Positions 10,540 through 22,202 of a stretch of DNA of 32,257 bases are shown piece after piece. The notes beneath the pieces were generated by a model that saw nothing but the letters and a program-made list of their open reading frames with translations, was not told the origin of the DNA and did no database searches. The number at the start of each line of letters is the position of its first letter. Within the stretch, counting starts at the first letter, position 1. Origin of the DNA: Lenisia limosa. Taxonomy: Eukaryota; Protista; Breviatea. The translations under genes and the position numbers were made by a program. Location: positions 1 through 32,257 of the forward strand of contig LPNZ01007946.1 of the NCBI GenBank assembly GCA_001655205.1, read 5' to 3'.

Positions 10540-12226
10540 TTACTTAGTGGGCTGGGCGTCGGACAGCTTCTTCAAGAGGTGGAAGACAACTGAGTCCAAC
10601 ATTCCGCTCACTGTGAAAACGCCACCAAGGATGGCACATACCTGAAATGTTACAACATCTCACTGTTTAAAATAACTAACCTGGGTGAGGAAATGGAAGA
10701 ATGGTTTATACACTTCTCTGATAACAATGTGTGTCGACGAAATGTCATATTTGATGAATACACCGGGTAGCCCATGGTTATGTCCCTGGGAAATGGCACG
10801 GTTGAAGTCGGTCACACTGAACTGATTTGTGTGGATCTCCTCTCCCTGGTTCGTAAACAAAACAAAAGGCAAAGAGGAGGCAGAACCACATACTTTAGAG
10901 TTGATGTAAGTAGTCGGAACAACCTTGACGAAATATTGCCACATGGTATGAGCTAGACCAATAAGAAAAAACAACATACCCCAAATATACAGTCACGGCA
11001 CAAGATAGAAACCTACGCTCATCGGTCCTGTGCTCCGTGAAGTCAAGGGGGTTAACAACTCCAGGATAGTAGTCTCCAAAAGACATGGTTTTGAAGTGGT
11101 GGGTAAAGTTCAAGTGCTCAGGTTGAACACCTAGTCGCTGAGTGAAAATGGAACTCTCTTGACATTTCAGTTACTAACTAACCTTGAAGATCATGAACAT
11201 GGTGTCCATGCTGGACAAGAGAACGACCAGCAGCAAAATGAAAGTTCCCAGGAACCTGAATATTGAGGAAAAAATTGCATTTCCCTTTCTTATTTACCAG
11301 GTGATGTGAGTAAAGTTCCATTTCAAGCTAACCTTTCGGACTTCCAGAGATCCGTGCATTCTGCAACTATCAGTTCCTTCACCATCCTATATTGTTAAGC
11401 TGAGACTGCAGAAAAGAGACACAGAAATAAGGTTGTCCTTTCCTCTTACAAGCTTTTTGAGGTTTCCTCCTCCGATAGCCCTCTTGAAAACGTTCTTGAA
11501 ACCAAAGGCCTTGTGGTCTAATTGCAAATAAATAAAAGAGCACTTATGAGAAAGCTTCTTCAACAGAAGGTCCAACAACTAACACAAATGTACCCCTCGC
11601 ATCAATCACCCACTTACGAAGGAAGGGATTTCTATGAACTTCAAGGATTTCTACAGGAGTAAATGGCATGAAAATTCAACAAACCCGCATAAGAAACGCG
11701 TTCCTTCTTAATAAAGTCCGAGATATCAAGACGAGACTCGCCAGTAATATCAAAAATGTCAGCAGTGACGTCTTAAAAATAAAGAAATTGAGGGGAAACC
11801 AACAATCACAGTTCATGTGGACAGTAACATCAATGTTCATTGTGATGTTCTCATTTTTGGAAGCATCAACTGAAAAGGTGAGCAAAGGGGAAAAGAAAAA
11901 GATGGGGAACCCAAAATAGATTTAACTTAACCAAATTAAAACAATAAAAAATAAGTAGAGTCATCTATCCAAACCTAAAACTTCGTGTTCTAGCTCCAAA
12001 GACAGGTAAGCGGAAAGTTCATTGTAAAAAAGAAGAAGCATCAACAATATGGCACCAACAGAAACTAAGTTGTCATTAAAAAGAAAAAGCTGTCAACATG
12101 CAGCATATAAGCATTCACTTAATACATACCAATTGCTCCAGACATTGTTTTCTCTGAAACCTCTTCCTTTGTCTTTGGAAAGACATCAAATGCCTTAATA
12201 TGGCGAATTAGAGGAGAAGACACCAT
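10540..12226 (-). CDS. ERGIC2: ERGIC2/Erv41-like ER-Golgi cycling membrane protein (ERGIC2/3 family)
   Basis: MVSSPLIRHIKAFDVFPKT...KTMSGAI; ITMNIDVTVHMNCD; CRMHGSLEVRKV; NFTHHFKTMSFG...NPLD; WQYFVKVVPTTY; LPGVFIKYDIS; C-terminal TM CAILGGVFTVSG. The Cys-rich CGSCYGA insert of ERGIC3/Erv46 was not seen. Confidence 0.85.
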
Positions 12227-12584
12227 ATTGTCACCAAAAAATGAAAACAAACTGCCTTTCTAACACCCCTTGAATAGATGGGGGGGAGGGTACTCTCCTT
12301 GATTATTGAATAGTACTGTGAACCTCAAAACCTGAAAATTTTGCAAAAATTCTCTCTTTATAAAAGCTTCGCCGCCGTCCTTGCAAAAAAAAAATTCCCA
12401 AAACGGACTTCCTCTTCTGTTCATTGAATGCTTGAATATTATATAATTGAAAACTAGAACAAAATTGTCAAAAATTCTCTTCTAGCTCAAGTTTTGTCGC
12501 CTTTTTGTTCCCCTGGAAACGTCTCTTCCTCTGCATCCGCTACTGTTTTGTCCCAGGATTGAAAAAGTACTACCACACGGCAAA

Positions 12585-15500
12585 ATGGGAGAGGAAGATC
12601 CACCCCCTCTCCCTCCAAGACCAAGGTCAAATGCAGTTCGGCCTCACATTCCAAAAGATGTCGACTCCAGTTCGGTTGAACAAAAGCCACGCCGTAGATT
12701 ATCAACAGCACCTACTAAACCCCTTCCTATCTTCCCATCCAAGAACACTCCTCACCCCCATTTGTCACGCTCAGCACCAAGACGCGCAAGTCTGGCTGAA
12801 AACTCGTTTACCCCTCTCGACCAAGACCCCTCAACAACTACACCCACAGAAACTGTCCAAAATTCTCTACCTGAAGGCACTACTGAGAGTCCAATGAAAG
12901 GAAATACTGGCCGACGGTTTTCACGACATGAACAGCAACTACTTGCTCAACTTGGTTGGTTTTAGAATTATTGTCACTCTTTTCGTGTTAATCAAATTCT
13001 CATTCAAAGTAGGGTTGGCTGGGCTTGATATGGAAAAAGTCAAACACGCTGGTAGAGCACATCCTGATATGAAAGAGCCAACTCAACCATCATGTAAGCT
13101 CTGGGGTTCTTTTTTTGCTGAATGACATTTTTTCGGGAATCACATACCCAGCAACTCCAGCTGATGCGTCCAAAGGAAAAAGGCGATTCTGGAGGACGAT
13201 GAAGGTTTGTGTTGGGTTGTTTATGTTTTTCAAGAAATACAAACTCATTCATCAGGGAGAAAACCCAACATTGGCTAGTGAAGAACCTCCTGTTGAAGAA
13301 CCGGAAGAAGTGACAGAAAAACCTAGTGTAGGCATTAGGAATGCTCTTTTTTACTTATGTGATTAACACACGCTTTTTTTAAAAAATAATACAATATAGT
13401 ATGCATAAATGGTATCAGATTTTCGTGAAATATAAAAATGATATAAAAATGATACCCATTTTTATAAAGAGCTTTCCAACTCACTTTCATTGGACGTCTG
13501 CACTTGGGACTTTTGAAGATAATATTGGGTGACTTGTCCAGTCTAAAGTTGCCAATCGTACTTGGAGAGCCAGGGCAAAGACATTCAGCGCTCGTGAGTT
13601 CAAAGAGTACAAAGATATCTACAAGTATGCCATTACTCTTTTTGTGTTGTTGTTTTTCTCTCCTTGATGGACAACAAAGGTTGTTATTTTGCTGATTGTA
13701 TACCAGGAAATCAGGTGAAGCAGCTACTGAAGATGATGATAAGTCCCGAAATGACGAGTTGCCGCTCCCTTGGTCTGGGCCGACAGCTGAAATTATGGAC
13801 TCCCTGGATGAGGACAACAAACAACGCCAATTGGTGAGTATCTTGTCTATGAGAGCTGCGAAAGAAGTACAATAACCGGATTTAGGTTATTCAAGAAATC
13901 ATTCAAACAGAGTACGAATACTGTCTCGACCTTCATACTATTATTGAGGTGAGTATTGAAGAGTTTCTTTCAACTGACAAAGCAATACAATACTCATTTA
14001 TCTAGGTGTTCCAAAAACCTCTTCTTGAGAAGAAATTTATCAACATGATGGAATCAATGGCCATTTTCTCAAACATTGAGCTTCTCCAAAACCTCAACAT
14101 CCAGTTCTATTTGAAGCTTCATGAGCTTTCAGAGTTAGTTTTACTTTTAAAACTGAATAATAGATAAGACCTTGTTTTCTCTCTCATTTCAACAAATATA
14201 TCATGAACATTATGCACATCATGACACTTCAGAGGCAAGGAGACGGTTGAAAATATTGGAGAAGCTTTTAAAACTATGGTATGTCTTGCTGTCTACATTA
14301 CAGCATGAACGGAGGGAAGTGTTATATTATTATATCATGATACACTATCATATGTAGCACCCTACGTTCTCAAAAATACTGGTAAAATATAGAGATTTAT
14401 CGAGGATTTATCGAGATTTTTTAGACCGTAGGGAAGCCCTGATGTATTATATCCGTTAACCCTCTAGGCTGATCTCTTCAAAATGTACACCGAATATTGC
14501 GCAAATCACACTTCTGCAGACCGTAAGCAATCAGTGATTATTGAAACAAATGCTTATGGAATTAGCTCTTGCACGAAACCTCCCGAAATCCCACCCTGAC
14601 ACCGCAAATTTCCTTCAATATTGCAGAATTCAACCCAGATGTAGATCCCTTGAGCTCAAGGATTTTCTAAGTAAGCGATAAGAAGTAGCTCCAACTCATC
14701 TCTAGTTAAACCTGTTCAACGAGTGTGTAAGTACCCACTTCTACTTCGAGAGCTACTGAAAGCAACAAATGAGGATCATCCAGATTACTTCAATTTGACG
14801 GAAGGGTTAAATAAAATCAGGGTTTGAGGAGGGGAATGATAAGGCATAGTATGCCTTGTGCTTCTGAATCTTATCGGTCTAGAAAACCGTTGACATGATT
14901 AATGAGCGTCATCGTGAGCGACAAAACCTCGAGAGGGTCAGTCGTGTAGCCCAGATGCTCGACAATGTTCCCGACAACTTCCAACTCATTCACCCCCAAA
15001 GAAGGCTTTTAAAGTGAGTGGATAGGGTTTTTTTTTTTACCCAAGCCTGTGTGTGGACTTTGCAACCTAATATTTGAAGGGAAGGAGATTGTGATGTTTC
15101 TTCTGGAGGAAAATTGCACCCTAGGCATATATTCCTCTTCAATGACATTGTGCTTATTGTCAAGGTGGGTATTCTTACTTTGAATGAGCATTTGCGTTGT
15201 TGTTTTCCATCCAACTTTTATTGTTTTTTGTTTTTTTTAACCCCTTAGATGAAAAAGAACAGTGCAAAGTTCCGCGGACAACTCCCTATCAAAGGACTGC
15301 AACTATTGCCGTTAGCTTCTACGAAAGGTGGGTTGCAAAACACTCGCCTCTCTTAACACTCAGATATGTCAGCTCCAATTGAACTTCAGCATCCAAGTGG
15401 CAGTGTTATCCTCTCATATCCATCAACCATCGACCTTGATATCTGGTCCAAGGATATAAACTCAGCAAGTATGTGAGGGATAAGTAGTGATTCCTTCCGC

Positions 15501-15754
15501 ACACATTTAACAAACTAGTTGCTGAACTTGCTGAACAAGAACGTCAGCGCAACCGCACGGTCGCCAGACTCACCGGCTCTCTTGACACCGCAATCAACAT
15601 TGATTCAGGTAACTCTAAACCCTCCAAGCTGACCACCTCAGATCCAAAAGAGCCTAAAGCAGATGTAGTGGAAGATGAAACCACAATTGTAGCTGAAGAT
15701 GAAAGCGAAGCTGTGGCAGAAGATGAAGACTCGCAAGACGAGCCAGAAACGTAA
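12585..15754 (+). CDS. Dbl-family RhoGEF (DH-PH) with Pro-rich N-terminus and acidic tail
   Basis: IQEIIQTEYEYCLDLHTII; LFKMYTEYCANH; KPVQRVCKYPLLLRELLKAT...HPDY; PH segment RHIFLFNDIVLIVK; stop TAA at 15752-15754. Confidence 0.92.
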
Positions 15755-15868
15755 ATTATGTTGTGTGTACTAGATTGTATTTATCTTTGTGGGAATGATT
15801 GCCAAGATCTAGGTCCAAACGAAAAAGAAACCCAAATTATATAAGAAAAAAAATAACTACTGTACACC

Positions 15869-16539
15869 CTACGCCTCGTTGACGGCCCCTAACACTTCAA
15901 CAAAAGCGTACGGGATAAGTCCATGCTGCCCATTTGACAACGCTTCACACCATCTAAGTAAATATTAAAAACTAGGAAAACGCAGTTATCTGTTTAAGTT
16001 TACTACTACTATTCCCCTCGTTCCTTACAGGGGGGGGGGGNNNNNNNNNNNNNNNNNNNNNNNNNNNNNNNNNNNNNNNNNNNNNNNNNNNNNNNNNNNN
16101 NNNNNNNNNNCCTCTCATACCCGTTAGGTTGTGGAATGCCGATCAGTGTCAACTCATCTCCATCCTTAAATGAAAGCTCATCAGCCTCTTGGCCAACGTA
16201 ACTGTAGAGGGCACGAGCTCGTAAATGATTTGATAATTCTGAAAAAGATAAAAAAACGACGGGATTCATACCTGATGTTGCTGTAGCTGAAGAATTAGGA
16301 GCGACATAAGCCCCCATTCCAGCTGTTACATCGTCATCCAATTCTGAATATGGTGCATTTGGGGTGCTGTTGCTGCAGGAATAGTTAGAAGAACAGTATG
16401 AAGGCCATAACAAACTTTTTTTTTGACTTCATGAAAAAGAAGATGCCTCCTACTAAAAGTAGCAGCACAACAACAACTGCAGCAATTATTACGGCACCTA
16501 GAAGTTAATCGGAGAAACAAAAGAGGAAAGCAAACTCAT
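15869..16539 (-). CDS. Small single-pass membrane protein with a C-terminal SH3 domain, ~130 aa
   Basis: Spliced reading MSAVIIAAVVVVLLLLVGGIFFFMKSKK...ARALYSYVGQEADELSFKDGDELTL...GWCEALSNGQHGLIPYAFVEV; all four GT-AG introns keep frame. An alternative first exon with ATG at 16667 is possible. Confidence 0.85.
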
Positions 16540-16926
16540 TTTGATTTACAACCAAATTTCAAATAAACAGTGTGTATCTATACTTTTAATTGCAATTTGT
16601 GAGATTGCGCGAGCAAAACAGAATTCGGAATTTTTAAATAAATAATATTTAAACCTGGGAATGTCATCAAATGATAAAATTGTAAATGACGGCTCCAGAG
16701 GGGTGATAGGGGATCTCTGGCGATCCTAAACTGTATGCTTTTTCCGGCATTTCCCGTGCAGGCAAAAGTAAGAAGAAGAGAGGAAAGAGAAGAAAAAAAG
16801 AAGAGAGAGATAACAGAGAAATAGCATATTTGAGAGAGGAAGTTCCCCTTTTTTGCTTGTCCTTAGCCTCTTCCATTAGATTGAATCGGCTCAGATCTAA
16901 CAAATAGTTCATTTATCAACTCTAAG

Positions 16927-19900
16927 ATGGAGCGCGTAAGCTACACTCAATTTTCTTTTTCATATTTTTAGCGCCAAGTTGGCACAGTATTTCAATATGC
17001 TGAATTTATCAGTTCACCTGGAGAAGTAGGTTTAATAATTTGAGTAAGCCATTTTTAATGTTTTAGATGACATATGAATGGCATATTTCCAGAGATGAAA
17101 GCTTTGTCCCTTCGTCAAAACTTTCAATGATTTCACCAGTCATTCATTTCGCAGGGTATTCCTTGTAAGCTGGCTGGTCATCTCCACCAACTTTCATTAA
17201 TAATGTGACACTATAGTAATCTTGTTTTTGTGAATGAGTCAAAAACAACAACTTCCATCTACTTGGAATCGCAGAACGAGAGCAGTATCAAAGTGGACTT
17301 TAAGGTTTGCAATATTATCTTCTGTAGGGGTAACATTTTAGATGGTTGTTCCTGAAGCAAACATTGATGGTGGGTACTACTAAGTATCAGAATATTATTA
17401 ACCGTTCAGATTCTATTTCAGCAACTATGGTGAAAGGAGACATTGGTGGTGGACGAAGCCAGGCCCTTTTCTCATATCGTAAGGACTTAAACACAGCTCA
17501 CCTTTTCAAGTCTCCAAATTCTCCGCCGAGAAGTTGGTGATATACCTCATTATGGTTTCTGCGGTTGACCCCAATAAAAAGCCCTCACATGGTTTGTTTG
17601 CCTTCTTGTGTCTCATTTTGCAGTTAATGTACCGTATTATCTGAGGCTTCCCAACACTGTTCTTCCCCCTCCCCTTGAACTGGCCACTGCTTCGTAAGGA
17701 TCTGCTTGAAGCAGCATTGCTTAACTATTTAGCACAAAGCTGCGTTCCACTTTCCTTACCAGTAAACTGTTTGACAGGCTCCTGGATATCCATTTTGACT
17801 TGAGCGCTAAGGTTTGTGAAAATGTTGCCAAGCATTAACATTTATTTAGGTGGCAATGACATCTGCAGCCCTTGAACATGGATTTCTTTTGGACACTCTG
17901 CAGCACATCGGTGGTGCTGTCGAAGATGTGCGAATGGTAAAGAAGGCCGTTACAATGGTATGTGGGTGTTCTTTTTATTTTACGTGTTAGCTGTCTTTTC
18001 TTCTCATTAGTGTAGATTGAAGACGAGGAGCAAATTGCTATTAGCGCAGTCACACAGATTATGAACGGGCTAAGATATTTGAATGGTGACAAGGGCTCAA
18101 CTTTTTTTTCATGAGAGTGTTGACTCATCAATTCAGGGAACGAAGTGAGCTCTCTGAAAGACCAGGTCAGGGCTGTGCAACTGTACCTCAGGGAGGTTGA
18201 AGCCTTGAAGCTTGATTTTGACCTTGCTCAAGATGAAGTCCATGTCCAAGTAAGCTGAACAAGAGGAGTGTAGCGGGTGGTGTGGTTGTAGAAGCATGTT
18301 ACTTGACTATGGCGTTTGGGAAGAGGTGATGTAAAAATGTTGATGGTGTGTGCACTACTGTAGTTCATTCCACAGGCTTCTACCACTGGCCTGGGTCCGA
18401 TGTTGAAAGCCTCAATGATGGTCCGCGACGGGAGGATGGATAAGTTTGTCGCCGCTGTAGAGGCCATGCCCGACCTCCCAGCTAACAATCAGTCTGGTAT
18501 GTTGCTTCCTTTGTTTCCTCAGCATAGAATATGATATATATACTAATATTCAGAAATTGCATCAGCGAAAGCATCAATCAAAACTGGACTTGAAGGGATT
18601 ACTAAGGTTGGAATAGGGAATAAATATATATTTTGGAATGAAAAGCAGACATCCAGTTATGTAGTGGTTAATATTCTCAGGTTCGCGGACTTGCCCCAAT
18701 AGGCAGTACCAGCGGCGGGCTTGCTGGAGGAGAAAACTGGCTGTCAACCATGAACGCAAGACACACCGCTCTGAGGGGGCTGATTGTTATGGCGGATCAG
18801 GTTCGCTTGTTTTCGCTCAAATGGAAGAAAATCCTGAGATGGACAAATGTCACACTTTTACTCTTCAGTTTTGAGCAATCTGATAATTATTTACGATCAA
18901 GGTGACAGTTTTTGATTCTGATGACAAACTTGAGGCGGAGTACGAGAAGATGAAAGCTGAGCAGAAAGTCAAAACTCTGAACCACATCGTTAACTTCTAC
19001 CAGGTAGGTTTAGAGGTATCGAAAATTTAGAGGAGATATGGAAAATTACGAAAAGGTATTAGCAGACCGATGTCACCAACAACAAACGTGCTTCAAGAGT
19101 ACCTTGAAGAATTAGATTTATAATGACATCATTCCCCATTACAATAATTGGCCTTTTTTTTTGTTTTGCAGAGTTAACTTCATAGGCGTTGCGTGAAATC
19201 AACCGTGAAGCTCCTGAAGGACTTCCAGTGTTTCTTCTCAAGGCACTTTGCGAGGAAAGCACCTCCAAAATATCACGCCTTCAATCCCGTATCACGTCAT
19301 TGCAGGTAAGCCAAAGTTACCCAATTTTTGAGGACTGGAGTATAGCATTGACCCCTTCAGTCGATTTCTAAGTCTTATCACTCTCTTCGTAACAATCTTT
19401 TGGCCTGTCCTGACAGCAAGGAACTCATTGTGCTCATCAAGGGAACCGAGTCTCAAACTGTGAGTTTACTAGTTGGCGGCCACTGACACATTTCAGCTTG
19501 ATACAGTTGATGAGGAGGTGATGATGGTCAACAAGAGGAGCCATGAATCTTCAGAAAGCACAGAACAGCTTGAAAACGAAGCGAAGAAGAGACGAGCAGC
19601 AACCTCGGTGTCCTCTTTGGTATGATGCTGGCAAATGTTGGAGTATTTTATGTTTACTCGCCTTTTTATTCCACAATAGTGGTGCCACTCGTCAAATTGG
19701 GCTTTGTTTTTCAAACTCTCGATGTGACTGATCTTTTACCAAATATTCATCATAACAATTCATTTTTGACCTTTATACCCCCCTTTTTTTTGTCTGTGTG
19801 TAGTTTGTCGATTTCCCTTTTTCATCCCCCAGATTGGTCAAGCCGCGGCAAGCGCAGTCCTTCGCCCCGAACTGCTTGCAATCAATTCGGTGCTCTCCAA

Positions 19901-20015
19901 GGCTCAAGAGCTAGGCATGGTGACCGAGTCGGTTCCTCCCTCAACCCCAGTCAAAACCAAGGCCGCCGCCGCTTTGGCTTCCAGTCCCCTCACCCCAATG
20001 AACAGAGCAATGTAA
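16927..20015 (+). CDS. Multi-exon hypothetical protein with a possible N-terminal MATH/TRAF-like domain and a helical/coiled-coil C-terminus
   Basis: Regular GT-AG exon chain from ATG 16927. N-terminal TYEWHI...SPVIHFAGYSFNLVF...SIYLE...VDFKMV resembles the MATH strand pattern (weak). Last exon IGQAAASAVLRPELL...NRAM stops at 20013-20015. The junction near 18140-18290 was not resolved. Confidence 0.7.
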
Positions 20016-20095
20016 ATCAATGGTCGATAGCTACATGTATACCTATTCCAGGTTTCAAACCATCTTTTGGCCACTCTGCCTAAACATTTACCATA

Positions 20096-22153
20096 CTACC
20101 ATCCCGAGCACAGCGGGTACTGATCCAAGATCTAAAAAAAAGTCAGCTCAGATAGGGAACAGACCTTAATTTCAGGGGTACCGCGAGGGCGCCTGTCTTC
20201 TGGGAGAAGTTCCTCCTTGGAGGGCCATGTTTTAACAACGTATGCACATCCGAAATTCGCAGCAGCAAGACAACTAAACTCATTATTTCGAGTTCTCCCA
20301 AATTCAATCGCATTCCATTCGCTCACCTGTGGTTGGGCGAAACAATCACCCTGGAACCAAGGGGGTACAAATCCACGTCAATTGGCTTCTAATTTGTTAC
20401 ACCAGGGAATGCCTCACCGCCTCATCAATAGACTTCACCAAAGCGATTTCTTGTGTAACACGAGTCACTTGAAGAGTCGGGTCATGCGATAAGTGACCAT
20501 ATCCCCCCTGAATAATGAGTGGACATTGAGGGCTTGATCAAATCCTAAAGCCCACCAAAGAACAGGGGTCCTTTGAGAGAGCTGTCGCTCCAGCGTCGAG
20601 GGCTATCTCGTTCCGACTTGGATATACTGCAATGACGGAGGCAAGTACACCAACAGCAATGTCAGCTTCTTTGCAACTGGAAAGTAAGTGAGACAAAACC
20701 ATGTGTGAATTAATGATAACCAACCTTCCAAGAGCTAATTGCTGACGATCAAAGAGTACAAAGTTACCAGGATGAATTTCGTTGACACCAGGCACGTTTT
20801 CTAAAGAAATGAAGACGTTGGTAAACAAACCTTTGAACTGAGAGCAAGACGGGGTGGAGCCCACTGACACCGTGGGGACCATATTCTAAACAGCGGTGAG
20901 ACTTTCAACATCAACAGATGGAAAATTCCAATTCTTGCCCCTGCCCACAGTTCCAATTCTCATTCCAGCCGCTGCCATGGAGTTTCTGTCAAATTTGGCA
21001 ATCTGAAAGTGAATGCAGTAACTAGGTACCTACTTCATAAATTTCTTTGGTTGATGTGCAAGTGTAAGTATGCCCATCATGGCTGTAAAGACCCATGAAT
21101 CGAGCTTTCGGGGTGACAAGAATCTTCTGCGCCAGAGCCTCCAGAGAAGGACAGTCCCACATAATACCGCACCGATGGGCACCTGCGGGTTAGCTCTCTT
21201 AGACAAGTTTCCTTTACACCCGGGCCGCAAACCAGTATCGACCTTGATGAAAACTTGGAGGTCTGCCGCTAGACTCGTCAATATGGTCACACATTGACAG
21301 TAATTATGACAGTTTTTTCGAGCTTACTTTTCTTTTTGGAGTTGTAGGAGGCGAGCCACGCGTTGTAGATGAGAGTGAAGTCTTTGAAGGTGAGAAAAAT
21401 AATGTTAACATAGCATCAAATAACACATTCGCAGGGCTAACTTTCGATAGAATCAACAAGATACTGAATTGTAACTTTTGTAAGTGACGACAATCTTTGG
21501 AAGGAAATTGTTGTGCATGGTACACCATAAAGAAGGGGAATGTTCATCTCCTATACTTGTTAAAAGGAATCACAACATCACTCACTCACCGAAGCAAAAG
21601 AAGCAAAGAAATTGGCTTCAGCAACAGTGGAAACAACAAATCCATTTGTACTGCAGAATGAAATACTAAAGTAACTTACAGTCCTGGTTGGTAGATCATG
21701 CTTGCTATTTCGACAGACTAAAAAGATCAGTATGACGAGAAATTAACCACCTTAATTGTCTTCAAATGAGGTCTCATGCATACTTTTTGTGATACAGCAA
21801 TTTCCTGTTTGAGTAAAGAAAAGATATTTGAATTGATGAGCGTTGGTAGGAGATCCCACTTTCATTTTTTTGATATTTTCAGTTGCGAGATCTTCGGCAA
21901 TAAGAAGGGCTGGTGTGCGAAGGGATGAGAAATTCTAAAGCCGTCAAAAAGTATGAAGAAGGGAGCATAGCAATAACCACAACTTACATAGCGAGGCTTG
22001 GCTTTGGGTACTATTGGTTTCTATAAAAGTAAAGAAGGAACACAGGCAACAGCTTACCGGCTCTGTTTTGACAGCAAATGAGGCTGGGAATAGAGTGTCC
22101 TTGAGGGTAAGGATAAAGACAAGGTTCAATCTTACATCTCCAATAACATCCAT
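20096..22153 (-). CDS. DSD1: D-serine dehydratase (DSD1-type, fold-III PLP/Zn enzyme); minimal stand-alone model, probably the C-terminal part of a longer gene
   Basis: LRTPALL; MRPHLKTIK (PLP Lys ~21760-21762); VSTVAEA; VFIKVDTG; YSHDGHTY; VSVGSTP; EIHPGNFVLFD; LDAGATALSKD; spliced PNH|SC zinc ligands; terminal YPLCSGW followed by stop. Confidence 0.9.
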
Positions 22154-22202
22154 AATGCGTTGAGCTGCAACTGGAGAGAAAAAGTCTTTCCTTCCTGCAA
22201 AT

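Noticed and set aside
13335-13820. 161-aa minus-strand ORF inside the RhoGEF gene
   Set aside because: Antisense shadow across RhoGEF exons and introns with no recognisable motif.
16927-20015. Alternative genetic code or stop readthrough suggested by frequent in-frame stops
   Set aside because: Nearly all stops fall inside short GT-AG introns, and conserved genes (SEC24, DYRK1, TBCA) translate normally with the standard code.
19622-20083. 153-aa plus-strand ORF as a separate gene
   Set aside because: It spans an intron and reads the last exon of the upstream gene out of frame.
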